Shown: positions 39,200-53,830, counted from the stretch's first letter. The stretch: DNA of 64,000 nt from Octopus sinensis (GCF_006345805.1 NW_021833078.1:15104-79103); one strand, 5' to 3'. Translations and numbers: made by a program. Notes: generated by a model not told the origin, from the sequence alone.

Positions 39200-41965
39200 A
39201 AAGCCTCATATTTTATCACAAAAGTCACGAAAATTGGAACATGGAACGTAAGGGAATTGAACATGGGAAGTTGGACACCATCAAGAAGGAAATGAATCGA
39301 TTAAACATCGCTATCCTAGGAGTCGGCGAAGTTCATTGGACTGGCAATGGTTTCCTCAACTCTGGTGATCATACAATGTACTTTTCGGGCAATAGCAAGA
39401 CCAGACAAAATGGAGTGAGATTTGTTCTATACAAGAAAATATCCAAGTGTGTTGAAGGTTACCAGACCATCAGTGATCGAGTGATTACCATTCGCATCAA
39501 AGTCAAAACCAACAACATCACATTGTACAAATCTACGCACCAACTGCCGACGCCGAAGAAGATGAGATTGAACAATTCTATGCAGAAATTCAGGGCGCAA
39601 TCGAGGAAACACCACGAACAGATGTTGTCTATATTCTGGGAGATTTCAATGCCAACAATGGAGAAAAAGCAGAAGCAGACATTGTTGGCAAATTTGGATT
39701 AGGAGAACGGAATGAAGTAGGAGATCGACTGGTCCAATTTTGTCAAGAACAAAACATGCGGCTAACCAATACTTGGTTTCGGCAGCCAAGATGACGGCTT
39801 TACACCTGGACGTCGCCAAGTGGACAGTACCGCAATCAAATCGACAACATCCTATGTCAGCAACGGTGGAAGAGTTCAGTCCAAGCTGTGAAGACGTACC
39901 TTGAGGCAGACTGTGGATCTGACCATGAACATCTGGTTGCCAAGATCAAAATTCGATTCTGCAATGTCAAGCGACCACCCGCTTGCCAGAAATTTGTTAC
40001 CAACAAGATCGGTCTATCATATGTCGCTGAGATCAGAAGCCGCTTCGAACTGCTCGCCATCGAAGCAGAAGATATATGGGAGAATGTGAAGGAAATTGTC
40101 GTTGAAACAGCAGAGAAACATGTACTATACAAGAAACCCACACGATCAGCAAAGTGGATTTCGGAGGAGACTTATGCAATAGCAGAAGAAAGAAGGAGAG
40201 CAAAGGTGACCAGAAGCAGGGATGAAGTGCGGCGCCTGAATGCAATGTTCCAACAGGCTGCCAGGAAGGACAAAGAGAAATACTGGAATGAGGAATGTGC
40301 AAGGGAAGAGGAGGCATACAGGAAACGGAACATGAGAGAACTTTACCAACATGTAAAGAAGGCCCGTGCAGCATCCATGGCAAGACAAGCAACCTTCCGT
40401 GGGAGAAATGGTGAAGAACCACATGACCTAGAAGGGATAAGAAAAAGATGGAAAGAATACACTGAACAGTTGTACGCAGGGAACAACCGTGATGAGCAGG
40501 CAGAAGAGAAGCCACTGGAACTGGAGCCAGACATCCTGGAGGATGAGGTGGTATGGGCAATGAAACAGCTGGCCAAAACCGAGAAGCCCCAGATACTGAT
40601 GGCATACCACTAGAATTACTCAAGCCAATACCAACAAAAACACTAACATCGCTTTGCCAACGAATATGGAGAACCTGTAATTGGCCAATGGAATGGAAGA
40701 GGTCAGTTGTCATTCCAATACCAAAGAAAAGAGACACCAAGGACTGCGCAAACTACCATACCATCACTCTGATCCCCCATGTAAGCAAAATTCTCCTTAA
40801 AATCACCCAGAAGCGCCTAAACAGAACTATATAGAGAGAATTGCTAAAAGTGCAAGCTGGTTTAAGAAAGGGAAGAGGCACCCGCGATCACATCGCCAAC
40901 CTTCGGTACATTATGGAAAAGGCAAGAGAATACCAAAAGAAGCCGTACATGTGTTTCATTGTTTACTCCAAAGCCTTTGACAGCATTGATCATGACAAGT
41001 TATGGAGAAAATGGGAACACCTTCACACCTTGACCAGCTTATTAGATCACTCTATCGAAACCAAGAGGCTACAGTACGGACACTATATGGCGACACTGAT
41101 TGGTTTGAGATTGGAAAAGGCACTCGGCAAGGTTGCATCCTGTCACCAGCAGCCTTCAAAATGTACGCTGAAAAGGTCATGAGGAATGCAGACCTGGAGG
41201 ATAGCAGCATTGGAGTGAAGATTGGAAGAAGAAATATTAATAACCTTCGCTATGCAGATGATAAAATGCTACTGGCAGAAAATAATAAGGATCTAGAGAA
41301 ACTTATCCTGCTAGTCAAGAAAGAGAGTGAGAACTTTGGGCTGTACCTCAATGTCAAGAAAACAAAAATCATGTCAACAGCAGCCACAACAAACATCAGC
41401 ATTAAGATCGATAATAAAGAGATCGAAGTGGTAGATGATTTCATATTCCTTGGCTCCAAAATAAATCGAAATGGTAACTGCACTCCAGAAATAAGGCGGT
41501 GGATAGTACTAGGCCAAGAGGCAACGGTCAGCATGAACAAGGTCTGGAAGAGTAGAGACTTCAGCCTTGCTACCAAATGCAGATTGGTGTATGCAATTGT
41601 CTTCTCAATAGCAGCATATGGCTGCGAGAGCTGGACACTAAAGAGAACTGACCAGAAGAGAATTAATGCATTCGAGCTTTGGTGTTGGAGAAGACTTTTA
41701 CGGATTCCATGGACAGCGAGGCTCACCAATGATGAAGCCGAAACTGTCGCTAGCATCACCAAGCAAAGATTGGCATATTTTGGTCATATTATGCGGAGAA
41801 AATTCCTGAAGAACGACATCATGTTTGGAATGGTCAGTGGCAAGAGAGGAAGAGGCCGACCAAGAACCTGCTGGCTTGATACCATCAAGAGTGACACGGG
41901 AATGACCATAGCCAATCTGAAAGAAGCGACTCTGAAAGAAGAACTGGCTGGAAATCACTTCGACT
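39200..41965 (+). mobile_element. RTE-clade LINE ORF2 (APE + RT), frameshifted
   Basis: TWNVRG/ILGVGEVHW APE start, GDFNA, SDH. RT: TITLIPH, YSKAFD, TRQGCILSP, RYADD. RTE-typical FELWCWRRLLRIPWTAR and GKRGRGRP. Confidence 0.92.
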
Positions 41966-41968
41966 GAG

Positions 41969-42020
<52 letters not shown>

Positions 42021-42152
42021 GGAGTCTTAATTGCAGATGGCTCAATTCCATGACAAAAGACTTAAGGTACCACCAACCAAACCCACTAATTCCCTTCTTG
42101 GCACCAACAGAAAACATTAAAAACAAGAAGAACCGATTTTATCAGAAATATT

Positions 42153-42540
42153 TGGCTGTGTGGTAAGAAGCTCGTTTCCCAAAAACAGTTCAATCCCACC
42201 ACGTGGTACCTTGGTTAAGTGTCGTCTACTATAGGCTCATGCCGATCAAAACCTTGTGAGTATATTTGGCATTTGGAAACTGAAAGAAGCCCATCGTTTA
42301 TATATATATATATATGTATATATTTATGTGTATGTCTTTGTGTTTGTGTTTGATCCCTTCCCCAACGCGCTTGACAGCCGATATTGGTATATTTACGTCA
42401 CCATAACTTAGCGGTTCGACAAAGATACTGACAGAATGAGTACGAGACTTAATAAGAATAAGTCGATTTCTGCGAGTAAAAAGTGGTGCTCCAGAATAGC
42501 CCCTGTCATATGACTGAAACAAGTTAAAGAATATAAGAAT
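42153..42540 (+). mobile_element. tRNA-headed SINE (dominant family)
   Basis: TGGCTGTGTGGTAAGAAG head through GGTGCTCCAG...TGACTGAAACAAG tail. Confidence 0.75.
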
Positions 42541-42899
42541 AAACGTATACCATACACACTCGCGCGCTCGCAAGCACTAACATGCTCGTACGCAGATGGA
42601 CACATACACACACACTTACAGAAGTCAATAATAAATAGGGTTATCTTTGTATTGTGAAACTGTATTGTGAAACCAGTAGCTGGGCGTCATGAGAGTTTGA
42701 GAGTCGAAGAGTTGAGAGTCGACTGTTCTAGTCGGCGTCTTGTGGAGTTAACAGTGATAGTAAGTGAGAAGAAGTTAGTGTATTACTCCTCCAGTACGAA
42801 GAGATACAACGGTATCCGATGACTAGTAACTATTGTGGTTACTAGCTTAAACAGCAACTACAGTACAACGGAAGTCACACATCACACCAGTGTGAGGAA

Positions 42900-43450
42900 C
42901 CCACTTTATACTAGTTATATACAACCTTTTTACAACATGCATAGAATCCACAGAAGACATGGTAAAGAAAGCAAAATTGGATTGCAAACATACTTAGATT
43001 ACTCCTAAGTATCACAGTTGGCTAACAGGAAAAAACAAGAGCAACAGTGTACAGATCGTTCATTATATCCATCATGCATTGTGGCAGTTCCCTCTGAGCT
43101 CCAACCTCCCGACAACAACTCACTTAAACATTCCAAGGAGACAGAGCTGTACCTCTGCACCATAAACTGCTCTATCCAATCTACATCCAGAGATCCAATC
43201 CACATCGAAATAATGAACATGTGAGAGAAATACTTTGTTACCGTTGAAAAGTTCAATTCCCTCTGATCCTGTTAATACCTCAAAATCAACCATGATGTAC
43301 AACTCCACAGAAAACGTAGCACCATAATGTTTTAAAACACTATCTCTCCAACAGAACCGAGTCAAACATAGAAACATATACACGACTGCCACTAGAATCT
43401 ATGTGCTTATAGAAATAGATCGACCAACTGAGACATTGCAATATATCTTG
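42900..43450 (+). mobile_element. Possible Gypsy integrase C-terminal relic
   Basis: Weak match near 43325-43370 (HNVLK...QNRVKH) to the RSY.V...RRNR.H motif. Heavily decayed. Confidence 0.25.
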
Positions 43451-44399
43451 ATTGTTATATCGCAAACCATACGCCTCATTACTGCATGTCAGAATGTGCA
43501 AGTAGACGGAGACATAGTTTAACTAGGATGACTGGTCTATCAGGCCACGTCGTTCATCCGAGTATCTTCATACTGTAAGACTACGCGAACAGCGAGACCT
43601 GAGACTAGACAATGAAAACAAGTTGCAAACTGAAATTGCTGGATATTGTCTTACTGTTTACCGGCGAGCTTCTGGAATGATGATATTTCTTTAATTAAGC
43701 TTTCAAACCGTAACAGCAAACTGAATGCAGAGACCCCAACAGTCTCTCGGCTTTAGAATTTTTATATTATTATATTTCCCAGCTTCCAGATCTCTTGTTC
43801 GATATTCTGTGTATTGTGATAGTATTTGGTTATTTTAGTAAACGAATGATTTTTTCTTACTGAACCATCAAGGAAGTGGAGCATATATCTCTTATCTGAA
43901 GCCTCTCCAAGGCATTTGTTGGCATTTATTGTTTTCCTTACAAAAGTTCAGTCGATCGGACAGTCACTTCAAGCTAACAAGTACACAATTACCACAAAAC
44001 TGTGTCTCTGGAATATACGGAAGAACATATTCAGTGTAAAGCATTTCTTGTCGTGTGTGGCGATGTTACTTCATAATCACAGTCCTCATATCAAAATATC
44101 AAGTGCAAATGCGTGAATGAGGTTGGAATTGATAATGGTGAAGATCTCTCGCTCGGCAGTTGGCCTGCAGTACCACATGGTAGGATCGGTTGTCATCTAG
44201 TTTCTGCAGTACGAAAGAAACGAGGAAAGATCCACTGAAGCAGGCTTGAATGCCACTCTGATGGAATGTAACATCCGACATGAACCTACCAGATTTTGCT
44301 TTACGGACAGATGGAGAGAGATATGACATGAAAATAAAATGTTTGATATCATTTGACAGAAACTAAGTGACCAGGGAAGACACATTAGAAAGAAAGACT

Positions 44400-45020
44400 G
44401 ATTAACTCAAGTACAGTTCGAAAAAATCAAACAGACGGAGAACGTAAGACAATATAAGACAGATAAATGTCAAATACACTCAAAACAAAGACATGGTGTT
44501 CAATTACCACGTATCACAAGACACCCCTATGTGTACGGGAAACCAGAGTATGAATTTTTTGTTGAACAAATTATTGGCCGTAGGCTACATGATAATACCC
44601 AATCAGATGAAAGAAAAATGTTACTGTCAATAAAAAGGCAATGAAGAATAAAATAATGAGATATAGATAGTTAATCAAGTCTTGGAGATGATAAAAAGTA
44701 GTGGTATCACCATGACCAACAAGTTAGTATATATGCTGCAGCCGTGCTAGTAATAGAAGAACTTAGCATGAAGGTATCACAACCTCAAAAGAAAGAAAGA
44801 GAACCAAAGTGGAAAAGACGATTACAGGGACAGGTAGACCAGTTGCAAAAAGATCTTGCATGGGTAGAGATTCTTAATCATGAGAAATGTATAAGACTGG
44901 ATTTCAAGAAGCAATCAAAAGAAACTACTGGCTGAAACAAAAATTATAGAAGAGCAATGAAGAATTAAAGCAAAAGGATAAAAGTGAAAGCTGCCAAAAG
45001 TAAGAGACACGGCAACAGAT
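44400..45020 (+). mobile_element. R4/Dong-like LINE N-terminal relic
   Basis: EPKWKRRLQGQVDQLQKDL, similar to the pre-RT region of R4-clade elements. Confidence 0.5.
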
Positions 45021-47000
45021 TTGTTGGCCTTTTTTTTTTCCCTGTAACCGATTCAAATTTTTTCTAGAATGGTGCCGACCGTCTCCAGTTCGGAGGCGTC
45101 CGACATCATGACATTATGTCGTCCGTGTGCGGAGACACTGCCCTTCCATGTCCCTGTTCGAATGGAATGCCCCTTAACTGTTTCAACTTCCGTAGCCAAT
45201 ACGTACAGACCGAGCGTGCAAACGGTTCCGATAAGTGGCTATTTACTTTGACCACTGAGCAGATGCCGCTCTGCATTGCGGCGATCCAGCTTCTGAAAAA
45301 GGGCCCGAAACCGATTGCTTTCAGGACAGCTTCCAAGCAGTGATGGTTGACTCTATCGAATGCTTGATTGATTGATTTAGTTTTATCCAAATTGAGCAGA
45401 GCACCCCGGAAGCCAGCTGTAGTGATACCCCTCTCTATAATGTATCGCGTAAGGTGGAGGTTGTCGTGGATAAGACCTGTTCAGGAATGTGCATGTTTGT
45501 GTTTCCCGACCAGGTGCCCAACGACTAGCGCCAATCCTTTCGTTAACACCTTGGCAAAAAGTCTTAAACTGTGTGTTTAGCAGAGTTATGGGTCAAAAAT
45601 TCCTTAGTACGTCATCTCTGTCGGCGTTCATCATCATCAGTGTAACCACATCCCAGCTAACAACACTTGGAATACTCTCGTCCTGTTGCCAGTTGCGCTG
45701 TACATTTGCTTAGAGGTCAACAAACAAATCTGGTATGAACACATAGAATTCATAAGCTAGACCATCCAAACTGGATGATTTGTGACGTGTGCAATCGTTC
45801 ATGACCTCCTGAATTTCTGTGGCTCTTATCGGCTTTTCACATAAACTCATGTCAGCTGGTGAGAGCCGCTGTAAGCCGTGCGATTACTAACTAAAATTCA
45901 CTATCGTCTTCGACCCATTTTCTCCACAAACAGCTGCATAAAGTACTGCTGGAGAGTTGCACATATCCCCTCTGCGCCCAGTAGCACGCGCCTATCCTAA
46001 TCAATCAAAGATTTGATCGCGATTTTGTTTACACGTCGCGTTTCACCTTTCGGGCCCACCGGACAGCTTTAGTTCCTCCTTGTTTGAGCGAACAGGCCTA
46101 AGGCCTGACAACGCAATCTTAGTGTTTCGCTGCTTCGAAGAAATAATCAAGGACCATTCTCACCGCTACTACATCGGTCACGATGCCCTTATTAGATACC
46201 TCATCTAATTTTATAGCTAGTTCACCTCGTAATCTCTTCCTTTCTATTGCTAACTCTTTGCTAAACGCTATCGATTCTGTTCTAATCACCCGCTTTAGGA
46301 ACATCCACCACTGGTTGTTGTCGACTGCCACTGCCAACTGCCGCTTAACTAGTTCATTAATCCGGCCCCTATAGTCTTTGCATGCAGTAAGAACGCATTT
46401 AACTTCCTGTAACTGGGTCCCTGTCTACGGGACTTACCTAACACGACTGTGCAGACCACAAATTTGTGATCTGTGTAGTCGACCAATTTAAATTTTGGAC
46501 AACCTACGCCATCTCTCTCCTCTGATCTAACAAATACTGTATCTAGATACGATCTGGACACCTATAGTAGTTGCTCCACATCCACACTGGCACATCATTG
46601 AAAGCTAGTCGATATCTGTCAGACAACTGAAAGTTTCTGAGCAGGTTTTCTAGGCCATAGCACCCACTTCTTCTATATACTAGCCCGACACAGTCAATCT
46701 GTGCATCTAAAGCACTATTCCAGTCTCCTAGTACTAATAGGTGAGACGTTCTCAGGAAAGCTTCAAGACGCTGAAGAGATTTGGCTCTCCAGACCTGTCG
46801 GGCCTTCCCTACCATTCTCGTCTAGGGCCACCAACCTACTGTCTGCGTCCATAAATATTGCCCGTACTTTGAGACATAAGGACTTTTGGAATAATTTTGC
46901 TACTTCGCCGCCCACTCCCGACAAACCACAGGATGAGAATAATGGGCGCTAACGCTCGCGAAACGCTGCATAAAAGGATCACTGCCCAACTGGATGAATG
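45020..47000 (-). mobile_element. Degraded second Tx1-like ORF2 (APE + RT part)
   Basis: LGDWN, SRSYLD, YTDH, WWMFLKRVIRTESI and INQAFDRVNHH, colinear with 5758-7900. Confidence 0.85.
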
Positions 47001-47149
47001 GCTGTAGCACGTCCCTACCTGAATGACAAAAGAAGGAATGCTGCTATGTCTCGAGGATTTCTTGAAAGGTAACTTGACATCAAATTTTCGGCCTAAAATC
47101 TGTCTACCACCTATGTGGAAGCTTATCGAGGATGTCTAGGCGGAAAAGC

Positions 47150-47330
47150 TATATAATATTCTAGAAAGTAACAATCTACTTATATGAGAGCAGAAAGAAT
47201 ACAAAAAACAAAGTAGGGCAACAAAAGACTACTAATTATTTGATAGAATGAGAATTAGTAATTGTAGACGCAGATTGATGGAACTGAGTGTAGCATGGTT
47301 AAGTTACCAAAAAGCGTCCATTGCCTTGTG
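47150..47330 (+). mobile_element. R4/Dong-like RT relic
   Basis: ESNNLLI*EQKEYKKQSRATKD...NCRRR...SVAWLSYQKA resembles the R4-clade EEQKGC...GTKDQL...AWIDYKKA block. Confidence 0.55.
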
Positions 47331-47429
47331 GGGCTTCCAAAGGGGCGATTTCTAACAAATATTCTTCATATTTCGTCGGTAGATTCCTGGTGTAAGATTT
47401 CTGTGAATATGAAATTATCATATACATAT

Positions 47430-49745
47430 GGAATGTGATGAGAATTTCTGGAACTGTATCCCATAGAAACTCAACAAAGTATTAAAGATGGTGAAGAGAA
47501 CATGTTAGAATTTTAGAAAGAAGTTTAATATATGCATACGATCGGTTCGAACCGAAATGTTAACATGCAAATAACATGGTAGAATAATTGGAAATTAATT
47601 GAATTAAATTAAATTAATTACATATTACTGTAACCCTCAGTGCAAAAAAAAAAGAATGCATTAAAAAATTATTGTTTTTGTTGCAGAAGACTTGATAGAG
47701 GACGTAGCAAATAACATATTCGGATATATATATTTCTCCCTATGAAAGATCAAGAACAGACTAAGAAAAGTGTTGTTGAGTCTAGTTGTGAAAAAACCTA
47801 ACTGATTCCGCCAACGGCTATTTGAAAATATATGTGAAAGATGTTATAGAAATAAAGATAGAAGTATAGTTGTCAATATTACAGAATTAAGATATTAAAT
47901 ACTTGCTGTTGCGAAAAATATTGAATAATCCGTTCCAGGTAAATGAAATGGAAAAAGTTAGGTTTTCAAAAGGCTAACTAATTAACAATGTATGGGAGTT
48001 ACAGCTGAGACAAATCGTAAGAATGTTTTTTCTAAATGTTATAATTATCGGTATTTAGTAGGTTACTATATTTTTGTATAAATAATAAAAATAAATTGAA
48101 TGAGTTGAAGTTTATAGTTATATTATATAAATAATATTGTCTAACGGATATACGGTAATAGTGAATTGTGAATGTAAGAAAAAATTTGTTTTTCTTTATG
48201 AAATAAAAGGTGCAAATAAATATATTAAAAAATGGAAATAATTCATATATAAAAATGTTTCTATATTGTATACTGATACATTTACAGAAAACATATATGC
48301 AAGAAACTTATACAAGGGATTATATATGCTAGCTACATTTTAGTTATTTTCTTTGAGGGTGGGTGTGGCAGATAAAACACCGTACAGAGGTAAAGAGAAT
48401 ACTTTTACCAGTGTAAAGATAGGGCCCCCAAAAACGAATATAGGTATAATTATAAATTATAATTATAATTATAATTATCCACACATATGAAAGAAAGATA
48501 TTATTATAAGCAATAATATATATGTTTATTTGTATGTTAATAGGCAGCAATATTAATATTAATAATAATAATAATAATAATAATTTGCACCTTTTACCCC
48601 ATAAATAAAAACAAATTTTTTCTTATATTCACAATTCACTATTACCTTATATCCGTTAGACAATTATTATTTATATAATGTTATTATGGATTTTCCACTT
48701 CCTTCATGCCAAACTGGATTCGCAATTCTTATTCTATTTTTGTAATTATTTATACATAAACATAATCAACCTACTAAATACCGATAATTGTAACTTTCTT
48801 TAAAAAACAGTCTTACGACTTTGTCTCAGTTTTATTTCTCCTACATTGTTAATTACTTAGCTTTTTGAATACCAAAAATTTTCATTTTCATTTTCCTGAA
48901 CGGTTTTTTCAATACTTTTAGCTCCAGCAATTATTTACTATCTTAATTCTGTAATATTAACAACTATACTTCTATTTTTATTTCTGTACCTTACATTTCA
49001 TTCACACAAATGAATATAATTTTTTACACTAATCTTTTTTGTATTATATAGTGGTATTCTCTAATAATTCTGTTCTTTTCGTTTGTATTCAAGTAGGCTA
49101 ATTAAACCATATTAATTAGCTTTTATTTTTATTTTCGCACAAAAAATTGATATTTTAAAGCAATAGCTTCTTTAAATATACACCATACCTTATATTACTG
49201 ACGTATTACTTATAACTGTCAAGTCATATCCTAATTCAAATACAACTATGCTGTCCCATTGAACATCTATGCCTTACTTCTTTTGATAAATGCTTTATTT
49301 GGAGTGAATATTACATTTCTTATTTTCATATAGAGGGAATGTATCTTAAACATCTTTCATTTATATTTTCAAATAACCGTTGGCCGCATCAGTTTCAGTT
49401 TTTTCACAACTAGATTCAACAGCATTTTTTTAGTCTGCTCTTGATCTTTCATAAGGATAAGTATGTATATCCCAATATGTTATTTTTCTACTTCCTCCAT
49501 CAAGTCTTCTGTAACAATAATGATAATTTCTTGAAACATTCTTTTTTGCATTGAGGAGAACAATAATATGAAATTAATTTAAGTTAAGTTAATAAATTTC
49601 TAATTATTCTAATTATCTGCATGTTATTATTGCTGTGCGAAACGATCGTATGCATGAGTTAAAATTCTTTTTGAATTTTAAAATCTCTTCATCTTTAATA
49701 GTTTGTTCAGTTTGTAAGGGGTACATTTCCATAAATTCTTATCAC
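47430..49745. repeat. Two diverged AT-rich repeat copies in inverted orientation
   Basis: 47430-48215 aligns in blocks to the reverse complement of 48575-49745, e.g. AATAATATTGTCTAACGGATATACGGTAATAGTGAATTGTGAAT. The right arm has an extra about 350 bp. Confidence 0.75.
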
Positions 49746-49777
49746 AAACCATAGTTATGTACATAAACATAAGTATA

Positions 49778-49888
<111 letters not shown>

Positions 49889-49949
49889 TGTGTGTGTTAT
49901 ATATTTGTTGTGCAAGATTTTTATGTGAAGTCGTGGGTTGAAACAGACA

Positions 49950-50313
49950 TTGTATTTCGGAATGGTCATTTTGCCAGTTTAGCCAATAAAAACACACGCA
50001 CTATATATTTGGTGTTACTTTGCTTCAGTGTTATTTCTATTGGTTTGGTAATAGATATAGTAACGATCTCATTAATGGTGGTGATTGTGATAGGAGGGAG
50101 AAAATACAGGCGCACAAATATATACATACCTACAAACATACAAGAAAGCAAAGGACCACTGATGCGGTCACAGGAGTGTGACGAAAGAACTCTGGCCGAA
50201 ATAAGATTAAGATTAATGTAAAAAATAAATAACACTGAAGCAAAGTAACACCAAATATATAGTGCGTGTGTTTTTATTGGCTAAACTGGCAAAATGACCA
50301 TTCCGAAATACAA
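49950..50313. repeat. Perfect 87-bp inverted repeat with 190-bp spacer
   Basis: 49950-50036 is the exact reverse complement of 50227-50313. Confidence 0.9.
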
Positions 50314-50419
50314 CAATATATATATATATTATTTATTCATATATTTATATTATATATACGCGCAAACAAATGTATACGTATATACACACATGGATATATC
50401 AACACAATTTGCGTAGCTA

Positions 50420-50895
50420 TAATTACATATATTGAATGTTTTTAATATGTAAATATTATTAGAAAAGATACCACTGGTGGGTCGCAAGGTTTTACAGAAC
50501 ATACAATTTTCCATCTAATTTTCAAACGTTCTTCGACTAGTATTACTAAATTCCCCTGGAAATTAAAAGACATTAATATAAGTTTTAAAATTAGATTTAA
50601 GATTAAATGGTCTGCAAATCCTCACCACCCACTTGATAGAATTTGTCAACTCTGTACATCCGAACGCTATAATATTCTTTTTTTAGTAGAAAATTATTAA
50701 ATGAGAGGATTAAAAAGTTCTCACCATTCTTACACACTCCTAAATATCTATTTGGTAAATATTATTAACCATTCCTTAAATATTAGTATCACTTATATTT
50801 AGGTCTAGTATTAACCATTTACTAAATTTGATCCTTACTGAATTAGATCCTTGTTAGAACCAGAATTTATATCCATATTCTAATACATATAATAT

Positions 50896-50929
<34 letters not shown>

Positions 50930-51025
50930 CATGTAATATTTTGAATTCGCCTTAAATGGTCCCTTTACATACTGAATACTTGATGGAATTGATTAATAAT
51001 TAATTAATTTTACCCTCAATTGTTG

Positions 51026-51100
<75 letters not shown>

Positions 51101-52830
51101 CAGTAAATCATTCAATCTTATTTATTTCGTACTATATATAAATAACATTCCCTTACCTTTAAAGTTATTGCATATCCGTTACGTTATTTCTTTCTTACTT
51201 TTCAACAGTAAAGTAAATTATAGAACAATTCATATTTTTTTGGTTATTTTTAAATTTAAATATCATAATCGATGTACCTACTAAATAGTTCCAATGTATT
51301 TTAGTAACCTATTGACTATTATACATAAATTTAGATAGTTTGGATTTTTTCATATTGCATAATATGATATTCCTTCTTACAACCGAATATTCTCCAATTT
51401 ACATATTAACATAGATAATATATAACAATTATAAGCATATTATACTACATTATAGCCAATGCCTAAATAATACTCTCATATAATCTACCAGCTTTTTTAT
51501 TTCATTACATGATAGTTTTGTTTTCCTTCCCCCTGTTCAATTTTTTCCTTTTCTAACAGATTAACTGAAAAATTCTAAACATTAAGCCTAACCTTATTGC
51601 TTTATCTTTTCTAATAGTATTTATTTATAAAACATATCTTTGACACAGGGTCTATCTATATAATTATAACGATATAAATTTTGTTGATATATGCATGTGT
51701 GTATGTATGAATATATATGTATACATTTCATCATATATATATACACACACACACTTATATACATTTATATATATATATATGCATACATACATGCACACAC
51801 TCATATCTATGTTTGTAGGTATGTATGTATTTGTGTGCTTGTGTTTGCCACTCCTACCAAAACCACCACCATTAATGAGATAGTGACTCATGTATAGCTT
51901 TCCTGAAATGTATCTATTACCAAACCAATAGAAATAATTGATTTTTATATACAACCGATAAAGAATATTTTTTCATCTAACCTATCTTTCATTTATTTTA
52001 TAAGATAATTTGTTCCCTTGTATACTTAAGTATTATTACTTTTATTTTTATTTTTATTTTGTACTATATATATTTCTTCTTTTTATTTAGATTTTATACC
52101 AAATATATTTTATTTTTTATTTACATTTTCTACTATCTATATTTTCTTTATTTACATTTTATATTATATATATTTTACATATATATATTATTAACTTTCT
52201 ATTTACCATCGATTTTTTTTCTCATTCTTATCTTTCTTTACCCTTATTATTTTAGGTTATATTTATTTTATTGTTTTCTATTTTGAATTTTTATTTACAT
52301 TACTTTGTACTAAATGGCATCTTCACTAATATCTGATACTCACCAACTAGATACACGTAGATTATATATAGGATCTAACTTCTTAAACTCATTAATATGC
52401 TCTATACATCCTTCAAAGAAAAATGTTAACCTTAATTCTTTAAGCTCATATGAACCCTGAAGAAGTTCTACCCCGTAGAGTTAATTATAATACATTTCTG
52501 AGCTTATAACCAAAATGCTTATAATTGCATATAAACTAGAGGTTAAACTGAAACATATATGTAGATTTTTCACACCTCTCATTCTCCTTCTGAGCTTTAC
52601 AACTTATAATTTATTTGTATTGTTATCGTTTTTAAAAATTTCAACCTCTTTATATCATATAACTAAATTATTCATTCCCCATCTTTCTCCAGTTTCTTCT
52701 TTTTTCCAATAATGATGATAATTATCACTGCAAAATCCCCTAATATATGGCAGAAACTTTCTCCTTATATGATAGTGATTATCCAGTGGAATATTTGGGC
52801 TATATAATGCTTAATGTGGATCTAACTTCC
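50420..52830 (-). mobile_element. Ancient AT-rich L1-like ORF2 relic
   Basis: Only traces: LYSPN near 52800, GDF near 52735, CxxC near 50500. No open frame. Confidence 0.25.
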
Positions 52831-52838
52831 TCGAATTA

Positions 52839-52875
<37 letters not shown>

Positions 52876-52877
52876 TC

Positions 52878-53830
52878 GTTTACTTGTTTCAGTCATTTGA
52901 CAGTGGCCATTCTGGAGCACCGCATTTAGCCGAGCAAATCGACCCCAAGAATTATTCTTTGGAAGCCTAGTACTTATTCAATCTGTGTCTTTTTGCCGAA
53001 CCGCAAAGTTATGGGGACGTAAAAACAACACGATCGGTTGTCAAGCGATATTGGGGGAACAAACACAGACACGCAACCATATACAAATACACTATATATA
53101 TATATATGACGGGTTTCTTTCAGTTTCCGTCTACCAAATCCACTCACAAGGGTTTGGTCGGCCCGAGGATACAGTAGAAGATACTTGCCCAAGGTGCCAC
53201 GCAGTAGGAATGAACCCGGAACCTTGTGGTTGCTAAGCAAGCTATTGGGTTGTCCGGAAATTTCGTGCCGATTTATAGTAGCTTATATTTCGACTTATTT
53301 TAAAACATGGTTGAGTCCATAAAATAGGATTTGACTACACCTCCATTTCGAGCATAGTTTAATTTATCTTTTTGTGGAAGAAGGTTTATGTTCCTATAAC
53401 CTGTGTTAATATTGTAACCATTTAAAATGGAAGATAAGAAAGTTCATTTTCGGCAGTTGATGCTTTGGGAACCAAACAAAAATTGTTCAGCTGGGATGTG
53501 TTACTCTACCCTCCATATTCACCAGATATTGCTCTTTCGGATTTCCACTTATTCAGGTCGCTGCAGAATAGTCTTAATGGTAAAAATTTCAAATCCTTGG
53601 ATGACGTAAAAAGATACATTGACAAATTTTTTGCCATGAAACCCCCTCAATTCTGGGAAGAGGGTATTTTTAAGTTAAAAGAAAGATAGAGACGTATTGT
53701 GCAACAAAATGGTTCATATTTGGTTGATTATAAATGTGGCAGCAAGTATTTATTGACGTCTTTCTTTCCTTTAAAAATCGGCATGAACTTTCCGGACAAC
53801 TCAATAATTACCACACAGCCACTCCTACGC
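52878..53830 (-). mobile_element. Dominant SINE, split in its head by a mariner
   Basis: SINE body 52878-53244 resumes at 53807 (TTACCACACAGCCACTCC). Confidence 0.8.
53245..53804 (+). mobile_element. Internally deleted mariner (560 bp)
   Basis: TIRs TTGGGTTGTCCGGAAATTTCGTGCCGATTT / AAATCGGCATGAACTTTCCGGACAACTCAA with TA TSD. Remnant WDVLLYPPYSPDIALSDFHLFRSL. Confidence 0.9.
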
